Part shown: in pieces, positions 1 to 12,593 of the stretch | Layout: each line of letters starts with the position of its first letter | Position numbering within the stretch: the stretch's first letter is position 1 | DNA from: Callorhinchus milii | Lineage: Eukaryota | DNA length: 64,000 bases | Assembly: GCF_018977255.1 (NCBI RefSeq) | Contig: NW_024704742.1 | Coordinates: forward strand, 26,104,001 to 26,168,000 | Reading direction: 5' to 3' | Notes under the pieces: generated by a model | Database searches by the model: none | What the model was told of the DNA's origin: nothing | Seen by the model: only the letters and a program-made list of their open reading frames with translations | Translations under genes and position numbers: made by a program

Positions 1-1948
1 TACTGGGTACTCCAAATGAGCCTCCACCCATCCAAATTATCCCCATTCTATCCCCCTCTATTGCCTTGTCCCTCATGTGCACATTGAGCATCTTCTTAAA
101 TATTCTGATGTATGAGTGGAAAATGAGGAACACACACATACATATGGATAAATGCAGATGTTTACTGAAAAGTGTCACTTCCTAATGTCATTCAACATTC
201 CTACTGAGTGGTTTACAAAACCACGCAGTTGTTCCAATATTTACCTGTTAAACGGATACAAAGTTACACCGTGAAATTATTTTGTCAACACGTCCTTTTA
301 ACTGTTGCAGAAAAAGCTTAAAAATGAAACACTTTTTATGAAGTGGTTTCATTTTATTGCCAAATTGGCTTTATTTAAAGATTCTCGGGTTATCCACTGT
401 TGAAATATTTGATGTGCATAGATGGATTAAATGTACCATACAGCATCAAAGGCCAAGACAACTCACACACAGCACTCTTTCATTTGAAAAAAGTGTAGTT
501 GCATTTTAATATTTTGCTTGCTGGTGCAAAACCTGTATTTTCCCATTATTATTAATTCCTTAATGCAGCTGTCAGAGATTCGATTTGAATTTATCTTTCT
601 CTGCAAGGTACTGGATCTGATTTTACGTTTCCTTTTCTTCTGAGCGCTACTGAGTTTTATTTGCTGGAGAAAGCTTGGGACCCTTCCGTTCGGTACGAAA
701 GTAGTCAGTCCATTCACTTGTTGGCATGGGCAGCGGGCGGCGAGGACAAAAGGGGCTCAACCCACCCCACCCACCCCCCCCACCCCCATCTCACAAATCT
801 ATCTACAGTCACCTTTAACCTGAGCTCTGAGGAGGACCACAACCAGAGCTCCGAGCAGCCCCAACCCGCTGCACACCTGGCCACTCTTGCCCCACTCCCA
901 ACTCACCACTGTCGCTGCCCACTTCCGGTCCAGCGGGCTGCTTGGCGAGGGCATCCTCATCTCAGATTGGCCGATGGACCTGTCAGTCGAGCCTCCAGCT
1001 CACCTGTCTTAAAAGAGCACCTATGCTTCAGCTGACCCCCGCGCCCGCCCCCCACCCCCCCCCACCCCCGTCCCCCGCCCTAAAGAACATTTTCACTTGC
1101 CACGAATACTTGAAGAAATTTTGACAATCCTAGAGAGGAAATACCTCCTTCAATTGTTTGCAAGTTCAATTTCTCACTGGTTTTAAGCCAAAGAAGTGAA
1201 AAAAACATCATTTGGCCTGAGCTCCGTGAATCCCTCCCAAAAGCCTCTTTTCCGTTCTAATGTTACGCATCAGTGAAATTGCTAGTCTTGGCAGAAACGA
1301 ATGACGTGCTTTTCCAAAGCCTTTAAGATGATATTGCTACATGTTTGTATTAGAGCATTAGCCTTTAGCCTGCTGAAAAAAACATTTCAAACCAGTCAAA
1401 ATCTATTGCTTTGGATTAATATTGTAACTGCCCCTCCAACAAAAATGTTGCCAGTAATCAAATTCATTTACATAGTTTAAATGCCACCAAGTCAATTTAC
1501 TATCAGAGCATGGCAATCAATCTTGTCCCACTATCTCAAGCTGAGACAGTACAATCAGAGACACTTCTGCCTGCAGCACATTATCGCCAAAGTTTAAATG
1601 TTCTATAGTTTGATAATAAATTGAGAAAGCAAAAAATAAACATCTATATCTCACTACAAACCTGTTTAAAGCTGTGGAATGAAAGACCTGCTGGGGGCGG
1701 GGAGAAATGGATACGCGGTTGGAAATGCTAGCCCAGGGGGTAAATATCACAGCTAGTCCTCACTGTGAGTCAGACTGAATCTAAGAAAAGCAAAATGCCC
1801 ATGAGTCAGACAAACGACTTGAAGCCCTTTTTTTCCCCCCATTTGCTTCAGATAATTAAAGGAACAATTCACTCAGTCTGGAAAGAAATGTACTATTTTA
1901 GCATGGAGGCAAAAGATCATGAATAATATCCTATAATCATTAGATGGT

Positions 1949-2345
1949 GTCAGCCTGGCTCAATTGGTAGCACTCTCGCCGCTTAGTCACAAAGTTGTGA
2001 GTTCCAAGTCCCATGCCAGGACTTTGACTTCATGTAGTCCAGCCTGACATTCTAATGTAGTGGTGAGGTATGCAGCATTATCAGAGATGGCTTCCTTCAG
2101 ATGAGACGTTAAACTGAGGTCCTGTTCAGGTGGACGTTAAAGATGATATGGCACTACTCAAAAAGAGAAGTTTCTCTCCATGTCCGGAGCAACAATCCCC
2201 CAGTTAAAACTGGTTATTCACTTGCTGGGTACAAATTAGCTGCCACGTTCATCTACAAAATGCACATCACTACACTTAGCAGTGTATGATGTGAAGCACT
2301 TTGAGTTGTCCCTGCAACATGAAAGGCACTGTATATATGCAAATC
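1949..2345 (+). mobile_element. Deu-domain-like tRNA SINE (SacSINE1/AmnSINE1-related)
   Basis: Head GTCAGCCTGGCTCA..GGTAGCACTCTCGCC; central GATGAGACGTTAAACTGAGGTCCTG...TTAAAGAT..ATGGCACT resembles the recalled Deu domain. Confidence 0.75.
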
Positions 2346-2610
2346 ATTGCTGTTTTTGAGGTAAATTGCACAGCTCTTTCAAACTATCATTCAACCACAA
2401 CATTGAGTTGCTGCCCACATGACTGTACATGAACCACGCTACCAGCTAAGATCAGAAAGTTGTCCTTTGAGGCAAAAGAAAAAAAATACTTTTTCTAAAG
2501 TGATTTTTTCAGGATCAAGTGTGATAATCTTTTAGAACGTTCTGCACTGCATTTGAAAAGTGTTTTGTTGCAACTTTTAAATTCATTGGGATATAATAAA
2601 AAAATCTTAC

Positions 2611-2753
2611 TCATCAAAGGCTTCCATCATGTTTTTTGGGTCTTCAAACACCAAAATATCAATCACTTTTTCCTGAAGTCGAATCTTTTCCTCTAACAGG
2701 TCCGCTGATTCACCAATTAGCGCAGAACTAGAAAACGACTGGCTTGTTCTTGC
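2611..2753 (-). CDS. EVC2: EVC2 exon (ARTSQSFSSSALIGESADLLEEKIRLQEKVIDILVFEDPKNMMEAFD)
   Basis: AAG acceptor after a pyrimidine tract, gtaaga donor; similar to human MIDILSSEDPGSMLQALE. Confidence 0.9.
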
Positions 2754-3462
2754 CTTAATGTGGAAAAAAGTGCATTAATAAACGATAGGTTTCCATGGCA
2801 CAAGCACACAGACAGAATAGTATTTATAAACATTTAGCTGAGGAGTAATAGTGGAACTCCAAAGTACTGTCTCAGCAGGATATGGATTCATAAAAATAAT
2901 TATCAAAATAATCCTTGACAGAGTGCCTTTCAAGTCAGGATGATACCTCATAGCACTTGATAGGATTTATTATAAAGGTATTCAGGCTGTATTTTTGTAG
3001 ATGAACCTAGCAGCCAATTTGTGCACAACAATATCCCACAAAAACGATGAAATGAGTGACCAATTTTAATTTGGGAGATTGTTGGTTGGGACATGCCTCC
3101 AAATGTTCTGACATGAATTCTGCTATCATGAGGAGGCACAAACATAGATGTTGGATGTTGGATATTACCCCACAAATAAGTAGGAAGAGAAAATAATGAG
3201 TCACTTATGCACTTACTAGGTGATTACAAAACAGCACTGCCAAGAGGCCATTGAGCAGGCTGCTTGGTTACCAACTTGCCTGGCATATGGTGTTACTAAT
3301 GCCAAAACAAGAATTCTACATTACTGGGTAAATGAACAGTGTGTTTGTGTGTGTGTGTTTGGGGTGTGTGGGGAAGGGGGGGAGGGGTATGGGGCACTGG
3401 TACTGAAAACAGGAGGCTGTGTATGAGGCAGAGAGATGACAACCACAAGAAGATCTGGAGGA

Positions 3463-3672
3463 TAATAATAATAATAATCCTTGCATTTGATATAGCGCTT
3501 TTCACGTCGGGAGGACATCCCAAAGCGCTTCACAGAACACACTGTAAAGTGAATTGACTGTATATTTGTGGGCAAACGCAGCAGCCAATTGCGCACAGCA
3601 ATGTCCCACAAACAGTCGTAGATTGAAAATGACCAATTTATTATTGTTTTTGGTTTTGGAGGGATTATTATT
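3463..3672 (-). mobile_element. SINE tail-only copy
   Basis: Nearly identical to the 3' 200 bp of the 21281 copy. Confidence 0.88.
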
Positions 3673-4184
3673 AGATCAGCTACTGTTAAGGACTGCTGAC
3701 CCCACATATAATCTAAATCATAAACTAAGCACATTCACATACACACACACACACACTATCTTTTACTTCCAGATTCTGTTCTGCAGTAAAACAGCAGAGG
3801 CAAAGTAAAATCTCTGAAAGCTTTTGGTTAGCAGTAGCAACCGAAAACCTGATGACACAGCTGCCAAACAGCTCGGATCTAATCTGCTTGTATTTTCTCA
3901 TTGCCCATCAATTTCCATCTCTAAGGAGCTGAATACCTGTCAGATAGCTATCAATTCCTAAGTAAAAGGAATTGTGAGCTCCTGTGTACTCAGTGCTCAG
4001 TAATAGGGAACAACTTACCACAAAATCAAACTGTGTTCATGTCTTCAATTAGTAATTATGGCCAATGTTGGACAGATCCCCCTCTCTTTCCCTCCCTCTT
4101 CCCCTCCCCCTACTCAACCAAACTCCAGTTCAAACAAACCATTGAGCACATAACAGATGATTTATTTGATGCAAAAACATTCAC

Positions 4185-4319
4185 CTTCTGAAAAGGAGAG
4201 TTCCTGATGGCTGCTCTTCTGATCCTGAAGGCAATTAAGAGGACCAAGAACACCAAGATGAAAGAAGTAACAAAAGCAACCAGAAACCCCACAAAATGGA
4301 TCGTATGATTGGGTAAAAC
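4185..4319 (-). CDS. EVC2: EVC2 transmembrane exon (VLPNHTIHFVGFLVAFVTSFILVFLVLLIAFRIRRAAIRNSPFQK)
   Basis: 135 nt, AG/GT; hydrophobic helix followed by basic residues; similar to human VLPHHGLHAAGFFIAF. Confidence 0.93.
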
Positions 4320-4579
4320 CTGGAGTGAAATAGAGAGAAGGGGAGTTTGTTTCCTTCATGGTTTACATTCTTTGTTGCACTGGAAACACGAAGAACACAT
4401 ACACAAATATGCATTGAAGAGATAAACACTCAAGAGTCCCACTTCTACCTCCCAGCTCCATTTATCGCAGCAGCTGTTGTGTAGAACCTATCTGAGCACA
4501 ATAAAACCCAGAATGACACAATGGGGAAGTGCTGCAGAGTGTGAAACCCAACCCAAAACAGCAGTCCAGACTCTGTGTG

Positions 4580-4671
4580 CCTTCGATAGCTCAGCTGGTA
4601 GAGCGGAGGACTGTAGTGAATCATGTAACAAGGTCATCCTTAGGTCGCTGGTTCAATTCCGGCTCGAAGGA
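4580..4671 (+). tRNA. tRNA-Tyr(GTA) with 19-nt intron (4617-4635)
   Basis: CCTTCGATAGCTCAGCTGGTAGAGCGGAGGACTGTAG-intron-ATCCTTAGGTCGCTGGTTCAATTCCGGCTCGAAGGA gives a 73-nt canonical vertebrate tRNA-Tyr. Anticodon 4613-4615; T7 Pol III terminator at 4674-4680. Confidence 0.97.
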
Positions 4672-5213
4672 CATTTTTTTGGGTTAGGGAAATCATTGTT
4701 AACTATATGTATAAAACAACAGGAGAGAAAACTGGTCATTCTGAGAATTAAACTTAGGTAACATGTGCTTTACATTGCTGTGCATAAATTGGTTGCTCTT
4801 TTCACCTGGAAAAATACACAGTCACTGAACTTTACAGTAAGATCCTGTGAAGTGCTTTGAAACATCCTCCCGATATAAAATATCAATTGTACTTATTATT
4901 ACTGCATTCAGAAGGCATCTCCATACATTACATACAATTGTAACAAATATAAGTTTGTAAGGCTGATGTGTGTTTTTCCAAAAGAGCAGAGACCAAGCCA
5001 GGTAGTCAACAAACCAACACACGAGTCAAACTTTAGCTGCTTTAGTCAAACACATTATTCGTTCCACTACAGATGAGTTTGCAACTGCAGGTTTTTCAGC
5101 TGGAACGTTCTTATGCTTCCTGTTCAACAAACCACACACCACCCTTTATAATCAGCTGCATTCCATACCATTAGCAAAATTGTAAAGCAGCATTACCGGG
5201 TGAGCTCAGTGTG

Positions 5214-5305
5214 CCTTCGATAGCTCAGTTGGTAGAGCGGAGGACTGTAGTGGAATAACCAACCAAGTCATCCTTAGGTCGCTGGTTCAATTCCGGCTCG
5301 AAGGA
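5214..5305 (+). tRNA. tRNA-Tyr(GTA) with 19-nt intron (5251-5269)
   Basis: Same mature body apart from a C/T difference in the D-loop. Anticodon 5247-5249; T8 terminator at 5314-5321. Confidence 0.97.
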
Positions 5306-8004
5306 CTCCAGAATTTTTTTTGAGGAGCAAGAAAAACATTAGAGTTCATTTGCTTTTGGTCAGCTGGGTCTCTGGCACATGCAGAAACCCATCACTGTGC
5401 TTAAGAGTAACCAAGCCAAATTACTGGGAGTTCCAAATGAGCATAACAATTTCTGCGTCAGGAATGGAGTGAGCACTCTCTCCCCGGAGGGATGTGTCCT
5501 GCTCATATAGTTCTGGGAAGAATCAGGTCCAGTTTGTCAAGAGCCAAGTCTTGGGGACCTCAGAATGCTTGTTGGGATACTGGTGAGGTGTTAGCCAGTT
5601 AACGTTCCCAGCTGCTTGTCGACCTAGGACCACCCTACCCATTATAGCTTTGGTTTACAGTGTTAACAGGAACTGAGCAAGAGGAATCCTATTCTGCCCC
5701 TCCACGACAACTGGCGAGTCTGTTATTAATGGTAGACCCGCCTTGGCTCAGGAACCGGACTATCACAACCACTACAGATGATCAACTCTATTTTATATTC
5801 CATCATTGGGCAGATCACCTTGAAGCCAACTTATCCCCAAACAGACCCCACAACCGTCCTCCCCAACCAGGATTCTTACAATTTGCTCATTGGATATCCA
5901 ACAAACACAGAATTGAGCCCCATCTAAGTGCATACCAATACCAGGGAGATCACAAGGAAAGCTTCACAATATTGCAGAGCTTTTTTGTGGATTTTCCAAG
6001 TTATATTTGTGCATTTTAAAATGTGATATTAATTGGGTTCACAACCTCAATGTCAAAATTAACAGTTTTTTAAAATAACTGGCAACATTCTGCTTTTTTT
6101 ATACACAGGACAAAGCATTGCCACTAAAGGTAAAGACGTGTGGAATTCTACCCACCTCGAAAGAGTAGTTACAACCTATTACATTGTTAAGAATAGTTTT
6201 ATCATCAAACCAATTCCAACCTTAAAGCAGCCAACATTGCCATCTCCTGGCCATTGCTATTACATGCAAGTCACAACATCGGGTTTGCACCCACCTTTTG
6301 ACCCAAAAGCAAGAGTTCTTTCTACCAGTCGAGACAAACTGACACCTTAACAATGCTTTCGTTATTAAGTGGAAATTCCTAATTTCTCAATGAGACTTCC
6401 ATTACAACTTTGGTGCAACCTTTCATCCACAAAATATACAGTGAATTCACTATATAGTATATTCTGTGAAGCGCTTTGAAACGTCTCGAAGACGTGACAA
6501 GGCGTTATATCAAATGCAAGGATTATTATCATTATATTAGTGCTTGAGCTCACAACGTTGTGTGGTGCTGAAGGATTGGGACATGGAGAAAGGGAATGGA
6601 AGACCAACTTTGAAAATTTTTGCTCCCATTTCTCCTTCGTCGTCTCCACCTTCATCACCCACATGAAACCTAACACCTGCTCCCTTCATCCATCTAACCA
6701 CCCAGTTGCTGACCACCCAATTGCTCCTCCCGTCCTTGCTCATGTATAGATAATGTCTCACTCTCTCCCAGCATCGCTTCTCCTCTTCTTTAAAAATCAT
6801 GGACATCACCTGGGTCAATAGAAAAGTGCGGGAGCATTTCCTGCTACAACTCCACCTCTTCGCCACAAACCCACCACAAACAGCCCCTTGGGTACTAACC
6901 TTTACACGCAGGCCTCTCGCGCTGTTTGCTCGATGCCGCTACTATGCCCAGAGTGGCTCCAATTGCGTTCACGCAAAGAGGTGAATTTTGGGATCGCGGA
7001 AGCAGCATGTGCAGGAAATCTTTGCTCTTCTTAGCACCACCTCTAGGGCTGGGCAGCCCCATTAGGTCATGCTGACAGAAGTGTATGCCGTACTCTTAAC
7101 AGTGCCTGACCAGAGCACAAAGCATAATGTCTGGAGATCTAAACTCAACCAATTTAGCAATATTTATTGCACAACTCGGCTGAACAAGTTTCAAAGTGCA
7201 CATTATCGGCCTGTTTCAATGTCTACTGGTCACCTCTTCATCCGTGAAGGAAAGCAGAAAAACACTCTAGCTATAGAGAGCCCAATAGTTGCTGGACTGG
7301 GTTATAACATTTCTGAACATAACTCCTTTATTACATAAAGACAGCACGCTGCGTTCTGCCCTATAGAGAATAGCAGATAATAAGCTAGATTAGAAAGTAT
7401 TTCCAAACATAACTCATACATTGCATTGATCGAGTTGTGATCTGGTGTTCTGGCTAAGACTAAATGAAATTTCGATCCTCTAAAACTCCTGGTTCTTTTC
7501 TCTGGAGGACCTGTGCACAGGGACACAGCAACAAGAGTAGGGTATTCAGCGATACTGTCTTTATCTTACATATCGCTTACATGCGCTGAGAAAATCACAA
7601 CAGTTAACTCAAAACAGACCAGTGACCAAACCAAGACCTTTCCTGTTCTATATACTCAGGTACACAGTGGATAAATTCATCAAGGAATTAGAGGTTTTTT
7701 TAATTTTATTCTGTTTTCCTTTTTTTCTGCTCTCAAGATCTAAGTAGCCTACTTTGCTCTACATAAAAGTTGCTTCTCATTATTTTACTGAACTGTATCA
7801 CATCACATCTAGTCGACTTTTCAAGCCTGGGAGATTTTCATTTAAACATGCCATAAAAATTCCACAAAAACTGTGCTACCCAATCCCTGTATTTTTATTG
7901 GGGAGGAGTTTTGGAGATGTGAATTTTGTCACTGGCATCACTTAACAGATCTTCAACTCACAGCAAGGAATGCCATGAACTCTCGCATGTCCTAGTCAGC
8001 CTAC

Positions 8005-8073
8005 CTGTGCAGCTGTTTTCTTAGTCAATGTGAAATTCGCCACCAGAGCTTGTTCAAGGCTCACAAGGCTATT
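8005..8073 (-). CDS. EVC2: EVC2 exon (NSLVSLEQALVANFTLTKKTAAQ)
   Basis: ttttcag acceptor, gtaggc donor, phase 0-0; lies at the expected position before the TM exon, but protein similarity is weak. Confidence 0.75.
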
Positions 8074-9513
8074 CTGAAAAACATGTTTTCTGGATTTCAA
8101 TCATATTGTCAAATGTTAAAAGCTAACAGCAGTTCAAAACGGCATTGTCCTGTTACAAAAATAAGCAAGAGTCGAGATTGAAAATAAATAAATCTTCCAG
8201 AATTAAAACAATGCAGTTACAGGTAAGTTTTTGATGGTGTTAACAATACACGATATTTATAACCAACCTGTAAGGCTTTCTACCCTATGCCAGCCATAGG
8301 CGTAATGGAAGAAATGTGTTTCGCCAAAGGGGGAGAGATAAAAAAATGTAAGCGAATCCGAACTCCTCTGACTCGCTCCCAGCCCAGCCACACAGTCAAA
8401 CACATGACAACTTGTCACCTGCCTGCCCACTCATGTAGGGGTAGATGACTAACATAGGAAGAGTCTGAAAAGGCAGGAGAAAAGGAATTGGGGGGAAAAA
8501 CACTGAAGAATTAGAGGATCTTGAAATTTTATTTTAAATCAATATCCTTTATTTCTGCTCTTATGGACTAAGCATCCTACTTTTTGCTATATAAATCGTG
8601 CCTCATTATTTTATAGAACTCGATCATAACTCATCTAGGCACCTTTTCAAACTTTGGAAATGATCATTAAATATTGCCAGAGAAAATCCAGCACTAGCTG
8701 TACAACCCAATTCCCATATTTTTATTGGAGATCAAAGGAAAGGCATTGAATGTTATCAAAAAGGTTATCAAAATTGGGCGACGGGACACTTTTGACGTTT
8801 TAGAAACATCCAGTTAGTGACAGGAAAATAACAGATGTACTTTAAAAAATCTATAGTGTTATTCAAATAAGAGTGTACTTGATAGAACACTTAACACAGT
8901 TGCAAAATATTAATAATTCACGAGAGGGATTTTTTTGAGGTTTTGTGCTTGTCAAGATATAGGCACAGGTAGCAGAGCACCACTTACAGGGAAACATGTG
9001 CAATAGCTCTTCACAAAACCAACTGCATTTCTTTTTATACGCCAAATGCTAACTTGTTGTTTTAAAATCTTTTAATTTACAAAACAAAGCTTGATTCTGA
9101 CTTTTGTAGGGAATTGAATATGTCTGTGACGTGAATGAATCGTTGCGAAACACACTGCAACCCAACAAAATAGACTGGAGTTTGAAATGTAGATGGGGTC
9201 GGGCGATGGAATGCAGAACCCTGATTTCTGCTTGAGTCTTAATAGGGTTAAAGCCTATTGGTAGTGTGACAATAACGTGTTCACCAAGCTTACAGAAGTT
9301 CATCTCCTTTCAGTCTTGGCACCAGCAAAGAACATAAAATGTCAAAAAGGACACCAATGAACACCAATCGTTCGAGATTACACGTGGAACATTTTATTCA
9401 AGGTTGAGCCACATTCTCTACAAAAACGGAAAGGAAGAGCATGTCCAAAGGTTGACAACAAAGGTAGTTCTCATAATTAGTCGAGGAACAGAATTATTCC
9501 CTAAATTGAATAC

Positions 9514-9623
9514 CTGTGATTGATCATCAAAGATGAGGTAGGCCGGTAATGAAATGTTCCTTGCATCCTGGGTTTCCTGGTCATTTAGTACTGCAGTGTA
9601 ACTTATTGTGTAGTACTCACCAC
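9514..9623 (-). CDS. EVC2: EVC2 exon (SGEYYTISYTAVLNDQETQDARNISLPAYLIFDDQSQ)
   Basis: 110 nt, AG/GT, phase-compatible; similar to human SYAATL...LPAQLTF. Confidence 0.9.
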
Positions 9624-10328
9624 CTGATAAGTAAAATGTTCAAATATTTAGTTTAACACAGCCATTTGCAATCGTAAGGTGCAGAAATTATCCCCATTTT
9701 AATACCGTATCCTCAAAATATTCTTCTTCACCACAGAAACACAGGACAGAACCTTAGCAAGTCAAACTACAGGCAAGTTCTCCAACTCTCCATGTAATGT
9801 TTAGACAAATTGTTCAGCTGCCGATTGATCGACGAGTTTGGAAGCCCTTAATGTGTGAACTGTAAATTCAGTGCTTCATTTGGCTTCACTGGCCTGGATT
9901 CACTGAATTTGCCATTGTGAGCAACATTGTTGTCCAGGTTGTTATTAGAAATTCAGAATACAGCAAAGCACAGACATGAAACCCCTTTTCCCCCCACCCT
10001 CTTCACCCCATATCCTATCACACAGCAGAAAAGCACCTAAAAAATAACACAATGCACTGCACACTATGCAAACAGGCCGGTAGAAGCAAGCAATGTGCAA
10101 TATTCTGATCACAAGGCTGGATTCTTTCCTGCTAAAGAAATCACTTACCTGTACAAAGATTCGAAACAGGAAACAGCAAGCAAAGTCTTAACCGACTTCA
10201 GTGCAACACTTGAGATACCAGAACGTTTGAAAAACTAATTTAATTTAGTGCATCAGTTTGTTCTTTGTTTTGATAAAAATTGTAGTCCGACCTGCTGCAT
10301 TGCATAAAAAGTTCAAAAAACATCTTAC

Positions 10329-10515
10329 TTTGAAGAAATTCTTTGGTGTAGGTCTGGAACCCTGATTCAGTTTCATTCCCCATGTTGCTCAGAATGCTCA
10401 AACCAGTAACAGCATCTCGGATAGTAAGCTTTGAGATGTTAAACGGGGATTGCATGTTTGAACTGTTTATCATCAGCTTCACTGTCATTATCTGAGATTC
10501 AGTTTGGCCACTCAC
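10329..10515 (-). CDS. EVC2: EVC2 exon (VSGQTESQIMTVKLMINSS...GFQTYTKEFLQ)
   Basis: tttcccag acceptor, gtaaga donor, 187 nt; similar to human VSGSSEAQ...GFQAFSKKFLQ. Confidence 0.92.
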
Positions 10516-11379
10516 CTGGGAAACAAAACAGTATTACGGTTTGTACTCTATCACGATATTACTACAACTGACCTACTTATTGTGTTCTGCAATACAAATT
10601 CTACACAGAAAATGTACTTAAAAGTACTTGTGATTATTTCCCAATTTTAGCAGACTGAACCTCTGAAAGCAAAAACTAAAGAAACAACTTGCATTTTTTA
10701 TAGCATCTGAGCACATCAAATTATCTAATGTAGTGAATGTGTTATGGGCGAATGTGGCAGGGCTTAGTGCACCAGTAAAGTCCCACAATCCACAATCAGC
10801 CAAGAGGTAAACTACATAAGAGTTACATAGAGTGATACAACACAGAAACACACCATTCCCATCTCTCCTATTCCCTTTATCTATATGAGACGCCCACCAA
10901 ACTTGAAGGGCACTATACAAATGTAATTTGCTGTTGTTGTTATACCCCTCTATTCCTTTCCCCCTCATCACATTTTCTCAAAAATGCATTAAGCTCAGCT
11001 TCGGGGAGTGACCAAATCATTTGGAGGATTGTTTACCAGGCTAATGTTTTAAAGCCAGAAATCCTGAATTCATCCTTTATGAAAGCTCTGCAACTATTTG
11101 ACGTCTACTTCTTTCTGGTTATTGAGTATCCTGATCTTTTTGTTCTTCCAGACTTATGCTGACTTTCATACTAAACAATCCTCAAAGCAAGAAAATGAAG
11201 AACACTACAGAGGCCAACACATATTTCAGGGAGTGATTGATTCTAAGCTATGAAGAAAACAAATACAATGGTCATTTATATCACTCCTAATTCCAGGATA
11301 TTGCAGGCACAAAATAGCAGCCGTGTTTATCTGCATAACGTTATTAATTATGAAATAATATGGAACATTGTGTAAGTTC

Positions 11380-11700
11380 TGGAGTCTGTAATTCAGTGAG
11401 GGTCATCCTAGGTTGAAGAATAAAATGGGAACACCTAAATCGATGTATGACATGGGTATCTGAACTATGAGGAGAAACTATGGAAATGTTTATGTTGGAG
11501 AAGAGGTGATTGAGGGCTGACCTTATTAAAGTCTCTCAGTATAGATAAGACTTATTCTTATATCTTATTCAATCTGGTCAAAAGGTTTGCAGCTCACATG
11601 AAGGAGAGAGGAACTAATCAGACAGTTTACATTTGCCCATTTTATGCCAAGAGTAGCTACCATGTGGATCACAAGGGAGGAGGAATGCGAAAGGAATTAC
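11380..11700 (+). mobile_element. Highly decayed CR1 3' fragment
   Basis: Residual similarity (tatgaggagaaact...ttggagaagaggtgattgagggctgaccttatt) to the CR1 copies above. Confidence 0.55.
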
Positions 11701-12593
11701 AACAGGAAACTGCATACATTTTACTGCTGTGGAGGAGGTTGGGAGATATACAAGATGATATCTGAAATGAATTTGGCCAGATAGAACTGTAGTACTGTTT
11801 TACTACCCATTCCTATATTCCAAACACTGACCACAATTCGAAATAACTCATTGAAAAACACTCTGAAACCTTTAGACTTGATAAGGTTGAATATTTGTAA
11901 CATTTTATTACTTTGGTGGAAAGATATCAAACACATCACATAAAAATGCACTCAGTAAATAATATCATTGTAATATCATATGTTGTTGTAGAAACAGATT
12001 CTAGCCACTGGATGATGCTGTAAAAGTCCAAGTCAGCAACATACAGTTCAGATTTTCATTACTGTATTACCAGTGGCAAGAAACTGAATATCAAAATTTA
12101 ATATATAGGCTTGTTGTACCATCTAATGGCAAGAACAAAGTACTACAGCAATACAGGAAAACTAATCCACACATGCAGTTTCTCAAAGAATTTCCAGATG
12201 ATCTAAATGCAACACTGGAACTCAAACGCGGAGAACACCTCTAATTTTTTTTAATAGTATGATTAGATTGCAACATACTATTTACTGTCAAATAGTATTA
12301 TATTAAATATTCTACTGAAACTTGCGGATTGCTATTTATGCTGTTGAGAATGCTTTTGAAATCCATAAATTTAGTCAGCAATGGCTGAAAAAACGGCTGA
12401 CGCTCTCTCTTCTTGGCTTTTATCAAAGTTTTCTCGACCAACAGAAAGCCTGAATAAATATATATATGAATAGAAGTCAAATAACTTATTCTCATGTTGT
12501 ATAGATTAACTGCTGGGACCTAATTTGTGATAGTCCCAAAAAGAACAAAAGCTCTAATTGTGACTTCCATTTTTCTGTATGGTTTATGATCAC

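Noticed and set aside
463..717. Next EVC2 exon
   Set aside because: No similarity to the expected LEIATLNRADADLE-type sequence; that exon is probably left of the window
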